A stretch of 63,887 bases of DNA, counting the filler, from Caldilineae bacterium (GTDB lineage Bacteria; Chloroflexota; Anaerolineae; DTLA01), in NCBI GenBank assembly GCA_037446815.1. It is 7 parts of 7 records of this genome, joined end to end, with 100 filler letters (N's around TTAATTAATTAA, not from the genome) between each part and the next. Parts side by side here need not be neighbours in the genome. Positions count along the whole stretch, not along the records: positions 20,687 to 30,822 come from JBBIHX010000105.1; positions 30,923 to 41,033 come from JBBIHX010000106.1; 5 more parts are not named here. One strand, given 5' to 3'. Below the pieces are notes generated by a model. It did no database searches, had not been told where the DNA came from, and was given only the letters and a program-made list of their open reading frames with translations. Of this stretch, positions 20,687 through 31,249 are shown piece after piece. A program made the position numbers and the translations under genes. Positions within the stretch are counted from its first letter, which is position 1. Every line of letters begins with the position of its first letter.

Positions 20687-23600
20687 GCGTGCGCCGCGGC
20701 GTCGGGGTCGGGGTCGGCGTCGGCTCAGGCGTGTCTGGGGGCGTCGGCGTCGGTGTATGCGTCGGCGTCGCCGTGGCGGTGGCCGTCGGCGTCCGCGTCG
20801 GCGTGGCCGTCGGTTCGGGCGTATCGGTTGGCAGCGGCGTATGGGTCGGCGTGGGCGTGGCGCTGGCCGTCGGCGTATGCGTCGGGGTCTCTGTCGGCGT
20901 GGCTGTAGGCGTGCGTGTCGGGGTGGCCGTTTCCGTCGGCGTTGGTGTCGGCGTATCGGTCGGCGCGGGCGTGAAGGTCGGCGTAGGCGTCCGCGTCGCC
21001 GTGGGCGTGAACGTCCGCGTGGCCGTCGGCGTCGCCGTGGCCGTGGGCGTCGGCGTCGGGGTGGGCATGGTGTACTTCAACACCAGCCGCGGGCGCACAT
21101 CGGTTACCGAATGGTTCGCCGACGCGAACTGGTACTCCACCGACACATTGCCCGCGCCTTTCAGGACGAACCCCTTGTTCGCCGACGGATCCTGCAGCCA
21201 CTCCTGCACGGTCTGGGTAACGTTGAACGTGTACCACGTGCCCGCGTCGCTCAACGTGCGGGAATCCAACGGGGTCCCCATCCGGTCGTCCGGGATGCCG
21301 TTGGCCCCCGGCGCTGCCCATGGGAGTTGGTTGGTCGCGCGCAGCCAGGTAGCCGCATCATCGCTCCAGTCTTTGTTGACCTTGTACAGCGTAACCGTCA
21401 GCGGATTCGGGTTGCTTCGGTTCTCCACGAACAGTTCCAGCGAGGCCGACTCCAACCGCGCGCCGGGCGGCAGCTCCACGGCGTGGAAGGTAATGAGCGA
21501 GGCGCGCACATCGCCCTGGCGCACGGCGAGGCGACTGCCCGTGCCGTTGGTCTTGTTCTCGTCCCAGGCGTCAATAAGGGTGTCCTCGGTTCCGACATAT
21601 CCATTCATACCTTGCTGCAAAACTTTAACGGCCTGGTTGGGCGCTAGCGTCGGCGTGGGCGGCGGAGGCTGCGGCGCGCCCGGCGGCGTCGCGGTGGGCT
21701 GCGCCGTCGGCGTGCGCGTCGGCCACGGGGTCGGCGTCGGCGCGAAGCCGCTCCACGACCCGGCCACGTCCAGGAAGTGAATCGTCTCGTCCCCGTCGCC
21801 GTTGTTCCAGATGCGCAAATCGGCCATGCCTTCCAACTGGTCGTTGAAATAGGCATCGCTGACGATCCAATCCTTCTGTACCCACATGTTGGTGTTGCGC
21901 TTCTGGATTTCCAGCGTCTTGACGTTGCCCTGCCCATCTGGGTACTGGAGCGAGAGTTTGTCCGTGCCCTTGTCCAGATACACGAGGCTAATCTTGTACG
22001 AGAGCCCGCCCTGCGGGGGCAGGTTGGCGAAAGGCCAGCCGTTGTCAATGTCAAACGTCATGTAGTTGTTGCCGCTGGCCGCATCGGTGCGCCGAGCCGT
22101 GTACGACGGCGACGTCTGGCGCAGCATGTCCTCGGTGCGCGGGTTGGTGTAGTGCTGATTGCGAGCGGGCGATGGCAACTCCGTGTTCTTCACGGCGACG
22201 GTGCGGCTCTGGGGCGCGGTCTCCAGGCGGTACAGGTAGAACATGTAATCCCCGTACAGGCCCGATGTCCAGCAGCCCGTCGCCTCCTTGCGGGTGGTGT
22301 CCTGGGCCTCGCGCAGGGCAATCCAGACGCTGGGTGTCGTCTGCACGTTCTTGCCCAGGTGGGTATTCACGAAGTTGGAGAACCCCGGCACGGCGGCGAA
22401 TACGCCCAGCACGTCCGAGTGGATGTCCATGAAGTCCAACTTGTGCGACATGGCGGCCAGGAACATCCAGTACGCGCCCGCGGGGCCGGGCATGATGTGC
22501 ATGCCGCCGGCGGTCTCGCCCGCGCGGGGCAGCAGCGGCCGCCGCAGCCAGATGACCGACTCGCCGGTGCGCTCGGCGTTGCTCTTGTAGGTGAGCGCAC
22601 CGCTATTGGGATGCCAGATGTTGGTCTTCAGCCCCACGGGCGGGTTGAGCGTTGCGCCGAAGTCCACGTTGTAGGGCAGTCCCGCCAGGTAGATGGGCTT
22701 GTTGGGGAACGCCTCGCGGTGCCACTTCTCCGCATTCAGCAGCAGTTGCTCAAATTCGTCCTGGGTTACGTACTTCTGGAGTTCGCCCTCGTAGTTGCAC
22801 CCTCCCACGTTCTTCGTCGCGACGGCCTCGCCATCAAACCCGATTCCAATGACGACGCCCGCCAATCGCGGGTCGTTGCCGAATTCGCGGCCCAGGTCGT
22901 AGATGAGTTTCCGGTACTCCTCCTGCCACTTCGGGTCATCGTACTTGGGGGCCACCATGGGGTTCGCGCAGCCCGCCGGCTGAAGGACATAACTGCCTCC
23001 CACGAGTCTCTTCACCCGCTCGGGCGTGAAGTCAATCACCGTCCCGTCCAACTGCGCCCCGTAGAAATACACGTGCAGGATGACCGGCTTGGAAATCTGC
23101 TGCCCATCGGGCAGGGTGATCTTCATTTGCGACGCCTTGTCCAAATAGGCGCGCAGGCCGCTGAAATCGCCGTCAATGGCGTCCCACGGCACGATATGCA
23201 TGGAGCCGAAAGGCCCGTACTCGGGCATGTCGTTCGGGTTCACGTTGCGCCAGTCGTACATCCAGTACACGATGGCAGGCGGCTTGGGCACGTCGCGGGG
23301 CGGCGATGCCACCCACACCACGCGGTTGGCCGCCGAACCGTCGTACTTGGCGCCGGCGAACTGGGCCACGTCGCCGCTGAACACGGCGGTGATGGTGTTG
23401 TTGCCGTGCTCCGCGCCCGAGGCCTTCAGCGTCGCCTGGGCATAGCCATCGGCATCGGTGGATGCGCTCTGCTGGTCGTAGAATCCGGAGAAGTAGATGG
23501 TGCGGCCTGCGGGAAGCGGCTTGCCCTGGGTGTCCAGCAGGCGCACGCGCACGGTAACCGAGTCGCCGCGGGCCACCTCGCTAGGCGCAGACACGATCTC

Positions 23601-24170
23601 CAGCCGCGTGGGGATGGCGTCGCCCCCGCTGCCCACCATGAACATGCCGGTGGCGCGGCTGCCCGTGTACTGGGCGTCGCCTTGGAAGTAGGCCACGGCC
23701 TGATAACTGGAGGCCGTGTTGCGGAAGCCGCCCGCGCCGCAGAAGCCGCTCCGCAGCAGGTCGTTCGCGATGGGCAAATCGTACACGGCCCGGCCCTGGG
23801 CGTCGGTGCGGGCGTAGTAGGCGTAGTTCCACTCGTCATTGTACGTGAAGGCGATCTTGCGCCCCGCGAGAGGCTTGCCGTTCAAATCCGTCAGAACGGC
23901 CTCCATGCGCAGCGTAGAGGCTCCGATACGCATGGACTCGTTGGGCGAGAGGGTCAGCGTCAGGCGCGATTCCTCGCGGGCCGCATGGGGAACCACCGTC
24001 TCGCCCGCCGCAGGCTGTTGCTTCTCGGCGGGAGCCAGCGCTCCCTTCAGCACGAGGAACAGCGCCGCGCCCAGAAGGAGCACGATGGCCGCGATGAGCA
24101 GGATGCGCAGCCAGGTGTTTCGCTTGTCGGCTTTGAGGTCAATCCAGCCGTCGTCCTTTCGGCGTGCCAT
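20687..24170 (-). CDS. large membrane-anchored extracellular protein (Ig-like domains, putative glycoside-hydrolase barrel, CBM-like, DNRLRE-like, long PT repeat); C-terminus truncated
   Basis: N-terminal TM, Ig-like repeats, EDTLI...[14 protein letters not shown]-like module, Pro/Thr repeats running to the contig end. Confidence 0.75.
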
Positions 24171-24243
24171 GATAGATCCTCCCCTTTCCGTCAGGCCCTC
24201 GGAGTTCGCAGGCCCCGAAGGCTATTGCAGGCACACAACGCGA

Positions 24244-24260
24244 TGCAAGTCTCGTGCCAA
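24244..24260 (-). promoter_or_regulatory. sigma54 (-24/-12) promoter
   Basis: Minus strand TTGGCACGAGACTTGCA matches TGGCACG-N4-TTGC, about 75 bp upstream of ATG 24170. Confidence 0.7.
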
Positions 24261-24364
24261 TCGCCGCGCTTGACAAGCGCGAGGCCAAGGGGAGTGCCGC
24301 CGATCCATGCCAAAAACAAAGCCTGGGGATGCCCCAGGCTTCCGCAGTTCTCCATGGAAGCCAC

Positions 24365-24997
24365 CTACCGATAGGGTTTGTCCGTCAGCCCTGTTTCGCA
24401 GAGGAGGTCGTCAATGCTGCACACCACCCGCGCCGGGTTCCCGTAGGCCACTGCGCGGGCCGGGATGTCCTTCGTAACCACGCTCCCCGCGCCGATGAGG
24501 GCGCACGCGCCGATTTCCACATACGGCAACAGCGTTACATTGCCGCCGATTTGCGCGCCCCGCCGAATCGTGGGGCCTCTCATGCACCGCTTGGATTCGG
24601 GACAACCCGGGTGAATGTCGTTGGTGATGATGACGCCCGGCGCTAGAAACACATCATCCTCTATCACCGTGAACTGGGCCACGTACACGCCGGTGTGGAT
24701 TTTCACGCGATTGCCGATGATGCAGCCGTAGTCCACCACGGAATTGCTCCAGATGGCCACGTGGTCGCCGATACGGTTTTCCTCGCGCACGACGACATTG
24801 TGCCCCGTCTGGAAGTCGGCGCCGATGACCGAGCCCTCGTACAGCACCGTGCCCGAGCGGAGCCGCGCGCCCGGGCCGATAACGAGGCGACGGTCGGGGA
24901 TGTCGCGGCCCGTGGGATACCCGAGGAGCACGCCTTCGTCAATCTCCTGCGGCGGGCCGAGTTGCACCAGGTCCGACAGCACCTTGACGCCTCTCAC
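24365..24997 (-). CDS. hexapeptide-repeat sugar N-acyltransferase (WbpD/WxcM-like)
   Basis: Left-handed beta-helix repeats, TND..P, IGAGSVVTKDIP..YGNPAR. Confidence 0.88.
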   Translation of the reverse strand: MRGVKVLSDLVQLGPPQEIDEGVLLGYPTGRDIPDRRLVIGPGARLRSGTVLYEGSVIGADFQTGHNVVVREENRIGDHVAIWSNSVVDYGCIIGNRVKIHTGVYVAQFTVIEDDVFLAPGVIITNDIHPGCPESKRCMRGPTIRRGAQIGGNVTLLPYVEIGACALIGAGSVVTKDIPARAVAYGNPARVVCSIDDLLCETGLTDKPYR

Positions 24998-26013
24998 AGC
25001 CGGACGCGCTCCCTCATCCCGCCGTTGAGGAGCGAGCGCGTGGCCGCCTCCAGAATGCGGACGACCTCCAGCCCGTCGCGGCCATCACTTCGCGGGCGCT
25101 CGCCCGTGCGAACGCAGTGCAAAAAGTGCTCGCACTCCACCCGCAGCGGCTCCACGTTGGGGATGGCGGGGGTGGTGATGTCGCCGTAGCGATACGACAG
25201 GTGGAACTCCTCCAGCGTGTCGCTATAGGGCGGCACGTCCACGCCCTTGTCGTAGATTTTGATCTTCTCGGTCGGCTCCACGTCGTCGTAGACCACCATC
25301 TTCTTGCTCCCGACGACGGTGATGCGCCGAATCTTGCACGGGTCCAGCCACGACACGCGAATATCGGCCATGACCTCGTTGGGGAAGTGCAGCGTCAGAT
25401 AGGCCACATCGTGGATTTTGGGCCGCACGTAGGCCGCACCGCGCGCGCTGACGTTCACCGGCACCATCCCCAGGATGAACAAGAGGATGGACACATCATG
25501 GGGAGCCAGGTCCCACACGACGTTGATATCGGACTGGAAAATCCCCAGGTTCACCCGCGTGGCGTTGATGTAGTAAATGCGGCCCAGGTCGCCGTTGGCG
25601 ATGAGGTTGCGCAGGTACTCCACGGCGGGGTTGTACTCAAAGGTATGCCCCACCATGAGCGAAAGGCCGCGTTGCTCCGCTAGGTTCACCAGGTCCTCCG
25701 CCTCCTCGCTGTTGGCCGTGAGGGGCTTCTCCACCAGGACATGCTTGCCCGCCAGGAGCGCCTCCTTCGCCAGGCGATGGTGTGTCGGGATGGGCGTGGC
25801 GATGGCCACGGCCTCCACGTCCGAGCGGAGCAGTTCCTTGTAGTCCGTGGTAACGCGCACCGTCGGGTACAGTTCGCGGATGTGGTCCAGCCGGTCCTGG
25901 CGCAAGTCGCACACCATCGCCATGTCCGCGCTGGGGATTTCCTGGAAGTTGCGGATGAGTTTGGGCCCCCAGTAGCCCGCGCCCAGAACTCCTACCTTGA
26001 CTTGTCGCTCCAC
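24994..26013 (-). CDS. Gfo/Idh/MocA oxidoreductase (nucleotide-sugar dehydrogenase type)
   Basis: GAGYWG, HVLVEKP, WDLAPHD; GTG start with SD AGGAG. Confidence 0.9.
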   Translation of the reverse strand: MERQVKVGVLGAGYWGPKLIRNFQEIPSADMAMVCDLRQDRLDHIRELYPTVRVTTDYKELLRSDVEAVAIATPIPTHHRLAKEALLAGKHVLVEKPLTANSEEAEDLVNLAEQRGLSLMVGHTFEYNPAVEYLRNLIANGDLGRIYYINATRVNLGIFQSDINVVWDLAPHDVSILLFILGMVPVNVSARGAAYVRPKIHDVAYLTLHFPNEVMADIRVSWLDPCKIRRITVVGSKKMVVYDDVEPTEKIKIYDKGVDVPPYSDTLEEFHLSYRYGDITTPAIPNVEPLRVECEHFLHCVRTGERPRSDGRDGLEVVRILEAATRSLLNGGMRERVRL

Positions 26014-26136
26014 TAACCTAATCTCCTGAACGATGGGTTTCCGAACGTCGGTGATGGGAAGGCGGCGTGGTTCGGCTGCGACGCGCAGCAGTGGCGCCCC
26101 GCCCACGCAGGCCGGCGCGTCCCTGCGGCCTCGCGC

Positions 26137-28131
26137 CTACGGCCACTCGGCCAGTTTCGCGGTCTTCACGATATAGGTGAAGGGAACGTACAACCGCCAC
26201 AGACGGGCCGCGCCGAAGTTCACGATCGCCACGCTGCGCGGCGTGAGGGTGATACGCACCTCGTCGGGCGTCGTGGAGAAATAGCCCGGCGGGTTCGTCC
26301 GCTCTACAACATACTCGCCCGGCTCCACTTCCGGGAACACGTACCGCCCGTCCGGCCCTGTTGGGTCAGCCTCGTACAGCACGTTGCCCAGTGTGTCCTT
26401 GATGCGCACGGACGCGCCCGGTAGCGGCACCTCGTCCAGGTCCAGTACGCCGTCCAGGTTGGCATCGTACCAGACCACGCCCGAGACGCTGGCCGCGTAG
26501 CGCGTGGGCGTCGGTGTGGGCGTCTCCGTAGGCGTGAGGGTAGGCGTCGCCGTGGGCGTCTCTGTGGGCGTGAGCGTGGGCGTCGCCGTCGGCGTGGCGG
26601 TCGGCGTTGCCGTGGGCGTGAACGTCGGCGTGCCGGTGGGCGTCGGCGTCCCCGTGCGGGTGGGTGTAGCCGTTGGCGTCCGCGTGGGCGTGGCCGTAGG
26701 CGTGGCCGTCGGTGTGGCGCACAGGATCATCAGGGTCTCGGCCAGGCCCCAATCGCTTACGCCTTCTCGCGCCGTGGCCCAAACCGTGTTGGTGATAATG
26801 GTGTTGGGCCGAATGCTGCTGAAGGTGTGAATCTCCAGGTAGAGCGTCCGCGTATCCAGCGCCGCCAGCGTCCCCACATTCCACTGCACAACGCCCGGCG
26901 CCACCTGCACCGCCCCAGGCGTGGAATCACCCGGCAGGAACAGCGTTTGCGCGGGGAGCGTGTCCGTTACCACGACCCCGGTCAGCGTGTAGGCCTGCGT
27001 GTTGCGAATCTGGATGGTGTACCGCTGCCGCCAGCCGATGCACAGCGGGTCGTGCCAATCCGACTTGGACACATCCAGCACCAGCGACTGGCTCCAGACC
27101 TCGCCGCCATCGGGCAGGTTCAGCGTGCCTACATAGATGTTGCCCCCATCGGAGAGCATGGAATTGGCGGCGGTATTGTGGGCATCGCCAAAGCCCGGGG
27201 CGCTGGTCTGCCGCCACTGGCCGCCGTCATAGGCCCAAACGACAGGCCCCTGCGTGAGGGAATTCACCGCCGCGAGGAGCAAATCTCCCAGCGGCTCCAC
27301 CTCCGAGACGGCGAGCGCGCCATCCATCTGGCGGAGCAGGCGCAGGCCCATGGCATCTAGGAGCCAAATCTGGTGGTCCACGGCGATGACGAGACTGCCC
27401 GAATACGAGCACATATCGTGAACCCTGACCCTGCCCGCGAACGCGCCGCCGTCCACCCGCGTGAACGTCGCGCCGTCGTAGGCCCACAGTTGCGCCGCGC
27501 CGGCCCCGTCGCCCGTGCCCACGTACAGCAGGCCGTTGTGAACATGGAGCGCGGAGATGACCGTCACAGTTACGGGACTCCCCTGGCCCACGAACCCGCC
27601 CGTCATCACCGGCGTCCACACCACGCCGTTGAACCGCCAGAGTTCCGCGCCGTTGACCGCGTCCCATGTCCCGGCGTAGAGATGGCCGCCATACGCGGCC
27701 AGGCTGGTAACGTTGGCCGTCGGCGCGCCGAGCGTCCCCGAAAGGCTCCACGCCACGCCGTCGTAGGCCCAGACCTGCGCCTGGTTGGTGGCGACGTACA
27801 GGTTGCCGGCGTGCGAGGCCATGGCCCACGGCGTGCTCAGGGTCGGGCCAACGCCCCAGCCGCCGGTCGCGACAGGCGACCACACGCCGCCGGTGTAGCG
27901 CCAGATTTCGGCGCCCGTGGCCGCGTTGGCCGCGCCCGCGTACAGCGCCCCGCCATGCATAGTCAGCGACGTTACGTCGGCGTTCTGGACGACGCCGAAG
28001 CCATCGGCGTTGATCTGCGCCCACGGCCATTCCTGAGCCAGCGCCGCCGACGTGCACAGCGCGCCCAGCGCCACAACGCCCACAAGTATTGCAATGGCCC
28101 GCACGATACGCCTCACCAGCAACCTCCCCAT
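26137..28131 (-). CDS. secreted protein: beta-propeller + DUF11-like + PT linker + SdrD-B-like + C-terminal LYVP motif
   Basis: Signal peptide (ALA-Q), LYAG/WRY blade repeats, [18 protein letters not shown]. Confidence 0.82.
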   Translation of the reverse strand: MGRLLVRRIVRAIAILVGVVALGALCTSAALAQEWPWAQINADGFGVVQNADVTSLTMHGGALYAGAANAATGAEIWRYTGGVWSPVATGGWGVGPTLSTPWAMASHAGNLYVATNQAQVWAYDGVAWSLSGTLGAPTANVTSLAAYGGHLYAGTWDAVNGAELWRFNGVVWTPVMTGGFVGQGSPVTVTVISALHVHNGLLYVGTGDGAGAAQLWAYDGATFTRVDGGAFAGRVRVHDMCSYSGSLVIAVDHQIWLLDAMGLRLLRQMDGALAVSEVEPLGDLLLAAVNSLTQGPVVWAYDGGQWRQTSAPGFGDAHNTAANSMLSDGGNIYVGTLNLPDGGEVWSQSLVLDVSKSDWHDPLCIGWRQRYTIQIRNTQAYTLTGVVVTDTLPAQTLFLPGDSTPGAVQVAPGVVQWNVGTLAALDTRTLYLEIHTFSSIRPNTIITNTVWATAREGVSDWGLAETLMILCATPTATPTATPTRTPTATPTRTGTPTPTGTPTFTPTATPTATPTATPTLTPTETPTATPTLTPTETPTPTPTRYAASVSGVVWYDANLDGVLDLDEVPLPGASVRIKDTLGNVLYEADPTGPDGRYVFPEVEPGEYVVERTNPPGYFSTTPDEVRITLTPRSVAIVNFGAARLWRLYVPFTYIVKTAKLAEWP

Positions 28132-28225
28132 GAACGCCAGAGCAACTCCGCGGGTTTGCGCCCCCAGGGGCGCGGGGCGGATTGTATCACAGGCGAAGGA
28201 CCCGTGTCAATTCGCATCAGACCCA

Positions 28226-28375
28226 GATTCGGTTCTAAAGCCTGTTGGTGGCTGTCATTGCGAGGGCGCGGAGCGCCCGAAGCAATCTCCCGGGCGCGGG
28301 TTTGCTTCGCTTCGCTCGCAATGACACACGAGGAGAGTGCGCCTACGGTTCACCAACACAAGATGGAACCGAATC
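28226..28375 (-). mobile_element. MITE copy, type A
   Basis: TSD 7/8 match: CAGACCCA and CAGGCCCA. Confidence 0.9.
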
Positions 28376-28504
28376 CAGGCCCACGCCCAACCGGGGCATC
28401 TCCCCACCCCATTATACAGACGCCAGATGAACACAGGATGAAAGAACGCGAGGAGCGCAATGACAGTTTGTTCATGCGTGCCCGCGCACGTGCAACTTGC
28501 GCCG

Positions 28505-29827
28505 CTACATGCCCTTGAACAGCACCGGCAGGCGAACCTTGTGCCGCGTCCCCTCGCAGGTGATGTCCAGCCGGTACGAACTCACGGAGCCCATGTAGCC
28601 GTCCACCACGAGGTAATACGTCCCCGGGTCGGCGGAATAACTCACCAGCCAGTTGCCGTAAGCGACGCAGGCGTTGGGGTACGGAGCAGACAGCAGGAAG
28701 ATGTCCAGGTCGGCCCCCGGCTCCAGCGCCGAAAGCCAGGCGGTGATGCTGGTCTTCGCCGTAACGGTGATGACATAGACCTGCTCGGGGCCATTCTCCA
28801 CCCAGGCGAGGTTGCACGAGTAGGCGGAGACGTTGCTGGGCCTGCCACGCGTGTCGCCGACCACATAGGAATTGCAGGTAACCGCCACGGCGCCGCCGAT
28901 GTCCAACACCCGTGTAGCCGTGGGCGTGGGCGTCTTCGTCGCGGTTCCCGTGTTCGTTGGCGTCGGCGTGATGGTCGGCGTGCGCGTGATGGTGGGCGTG
29001 CGCGTGGCCGTGGGCGTGGGCGATGGAGACGGCGTGGGGGTGAATATGGACTCATCGGCGAACCGCAAAGTCGCGATGCTCCCCGCGGTTACCGGAACCA
29101 CCACATTGTTGCTGGACACCGAGCGGTAGCCCGGCGGGTCGGTCTCCGTAACGTAGTAGTACCCGGGCGTCAGGTCGGGGAACCGGAACGTGCCTGTATC
29201 GGTCGTAACCTGTGTGCCCACGACCTGCTGGCTCATGTTCTTCACGGTGATGGTAGCGCCCGCCAGCGGCGGCTCGCCCGGGTCGGGCGTGAGGTTGCGG
29301 TTCAAGTCGTGCCACACCAGGCCCTGAATCTCGCCGGTTGACGGCGTGGGCGTAACGGTGGGGGTGGGCGTGTCCGTTGGCGTCGGGGTGAACGTGGGCG
29401 TAGCCGTCGCCGTTGGCGTCGGCGTGGGGGCGCTCGCCGCGGTCAGGTTGACCTGGGCGGTAACGCCGGAGTGCCACACGCCGGTCTGCTCCGCCTGCAA
29501 ATCGCCGATGCGGAACACCACGATGTCGCCGTCTTGCCCGCCATCCTTGCCCGGCTCGTTAGGGTCATCGCCCCGCACGTCCAGCAGGCCATACCACGAC
29601 TCGCCCCCATGGGTGTAGGTTGTGCCCTGCCCGTACTGCACGCCATCAATCCAGGCGGTGATGAGGGTGCCGTCGGGCACGTTGGCGCCGTCCACCATGA
29701 CGGTGCCATAGAATGTGGACGGCGGAGGCGGCACGGCGCGGGCGGGAGCCGCGAAAACTGCCGCCAATATCCCTATCACGGCAAGAGATGCCAGAATCGC
29801 ACCCTTTGCAAGCCAGGGTTTCAGCAT
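28505..29827 (-). CDS. secreted protein: SdrD-B-like + PPC-like domains, PT linkers, C-terminal RLPVLFK
   Basis: Signal peptide (ARA-V), GLVWHDLNRN, DLDIFL...GTYYLVVDGY. Confidence 0.82.
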   Translation of the reverse strand: MLKPWLAKGAILASLAVIGILAAVFAAPARAVPPPPSTFYGTVMVDGANVPDGTLITAWIDGVQYGQGTTYTHGGESWYGLLDVRGDDPNEPGKDGGQDGDIVVFRIGDLQAEQTGVWHSGVTAQVNLTAASAPTPTPTATATPTFTPTPTDTPTPTVTPTPSTGEIQGLVWHDLNRNLTPDPGEPPLAGATITVKNMSQQVVGTQVTTDTGTFRFPDLTPGYYYVTETDPPGYRSVSSNNVVVPVTAGSIATLRFADESIFTPTPSPSPTPTATRTPTITRTPTITPTPTNTGTATKTPTPTATRVLDIGGAVAVTCNSYVVGDTRGRPSNVSAYSCNLAWVENGPEQVYVITVTAKTSITAWLSALEPGADLDIFLLSAPYPNACVAYGNWLVSYSADPGTYYLVVDGYMGSVSSYRLDITCEGTRHKVRLPVLFKGM

Positions 29828-29912
29828 GTACGCCTTTCCTTCAGAGTTCGGGCTGCAGCCATCGGCACAGTTTGGCCCATTTCGCCCAGATTGTCAACCT
29901 CGCGGCCGGTGG

Positions 29913-30062
29913 GACTCGGCTCCATCTTGTGTTGGTGAAACGCATGGGCACTCTCCCCGTGTGTCGTTGCGAGCGAAGCGAAGCAACCTCACGCCCCAGA
30001 GATTGCTTCGGGCGCTCCGCGCCCTCGCAATGACAAATACCAACAGGCTTTGGAACCGAATC
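29913..30062 (+). mobile_element. MITE copy, type A, followed by a second TIR remnant (30071-30084)
   Basis: Perfect TSD GCCGGTGG at 29905-29912 and 30063-30070. Confidence 0.92.
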
Positions 30063-30346
30063 GCCGGTGGGACTCGGTTCCATCCCGCGTAGTGGAGCAA
30101 ATTGCCAATTTGCTCCACACCCTCAGCGCGGCGGCTTCAGCCCCGCGCCGCCCCGCCCCCTCTCCCGAAGGGAGAGGGCTGGGGTGAGGGGGAATCCCTC
30201 AGCGCGGCGGCTTTAGCCCCGCGCGGTCATGCGCCCGCCGACCCGCGTCGGGCATTGTGCCATCCAGGCCATAGAGGGGCAGGGCTGACCCCTGCCCCTT
30301 TTCACTCACCAAAGGCCCCATCCGCCGAGTGCAAGCGGCGTGCCCG

Positions 30347-30822
30347 TTACTTCCTCACGTTCTTCATGATGACGGGGAGCACGAGACGCTTGGGCGCACG
30401 CGGCGTTGGGGTCGGCGTCCTCGTCGCCATGGGCGACAGGCCGAACGATATCGGTATCGTCCACCCTGCCAGCACGTAAACATCCCACGACGAATCCGTC
30501 GTCGCGTAGTACCCGGCGGGGATGACCACGCTGACCCGATACCACCCAGGCGCCAGGTTGGCAAACTCGTACTGCCCCAGCCCGTTCGTGAGCGCATTCT
30601 GCAGGGGGATGCCGGCCAGGTCCGAGAGGCGCACCGCGATGTTCGCCAACGGCGGCTCCCCGGCCGTCTGGACGCCGTCGGGCGTAACGTCATCCCAGAC
30701 CGTGCCGTAGATGCGCCCCGTGCTAGGCGTGGCCGTGGGCGTCTTCGTCGGCGTCGGCGTGATCGTCGGCGTGGGCGTATTCGTCGGCGTATGGGTGAGC
30801 GTGGGCGTGGGCGTATTCGTCG
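30347..30822 (-). CDS. C-terminal fragment of a secreted PT-linker/SdrD-B-like protein ending RLVLPVIMKNVRK
   Basis: GRIYGTVWDD, GQYEFANLAPGWY; 5' part lost at the contig end. Confidence 0.75.
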
Positions 30823-30922
30823 NNNNNNNNNNNNNNNNNNNNNNNNNNNNNNNNNNNNNNNNNNNNTTAATTAATTAANNNNNNNNNNNNNNNNNNNNNN
30901 NNNNNNNNNNNNNNNNNNNNNN

Positions 30923-30974
30923 GGCGCTCCGCGCCCTCGCAATGACAAATACCAACAGACTTTGGAACCGAATC
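30923..30974 (+). mobile_element. MITE right end, truncated by contig start
   Basis: CCCTCGCAATGAC...CCAACAGACTTTGGAACCGAATC. Confidence 0.85.
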
Positions 30975-31024
30975 AATCTCGCCCCGCGTTTGACATCCGG
31001 CGCATTCTGTGTGATAATCACCCT

Positions 31025-31177
31025 GCCTGCCCGTCGGGCGGGCCCTGGATCGCCATCCTTGGGATGAGGAGGTGATGCCGATGGACAGTAGTAAGCGTAC
31101 TGGCGCCGTAGCATCACCTCCCGTTGAGGGATAGGGCTACGGCGCAGCAAGGAGCCTCTCCGCGGAGAGGCTCTTTG
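31025..31177 (+). ncRNA. candidate stand-alone structured small transcript containing a 17-codon ORF (31081-31134)
   Basis: Own promoter TTGACA-17-(TG)GATAAT at 30990-31018; several hairpins; terminator GAGCCTCTC-CGCG-GAGAGGCTC-TTT; tilS has a separate promoter at 31205-31233. Confidence 0.6.
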
Positions 31178-31249
31178 CGTGTCCACGGCAATTCGCGCCC
31201 GACATTGACACAGGCGCCCGTCGGGGTTATAGTGAATCGGGAGCACAGC

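Noticed and set aside
20687..21070. Long low-complexity GGCGT/ACGCC repeats and V/G-rich antisense ORFs
   Set aside because: They encode Pro/Thr linkers of minus-strand surface proteins; the plus-strand ORFs are shadows.
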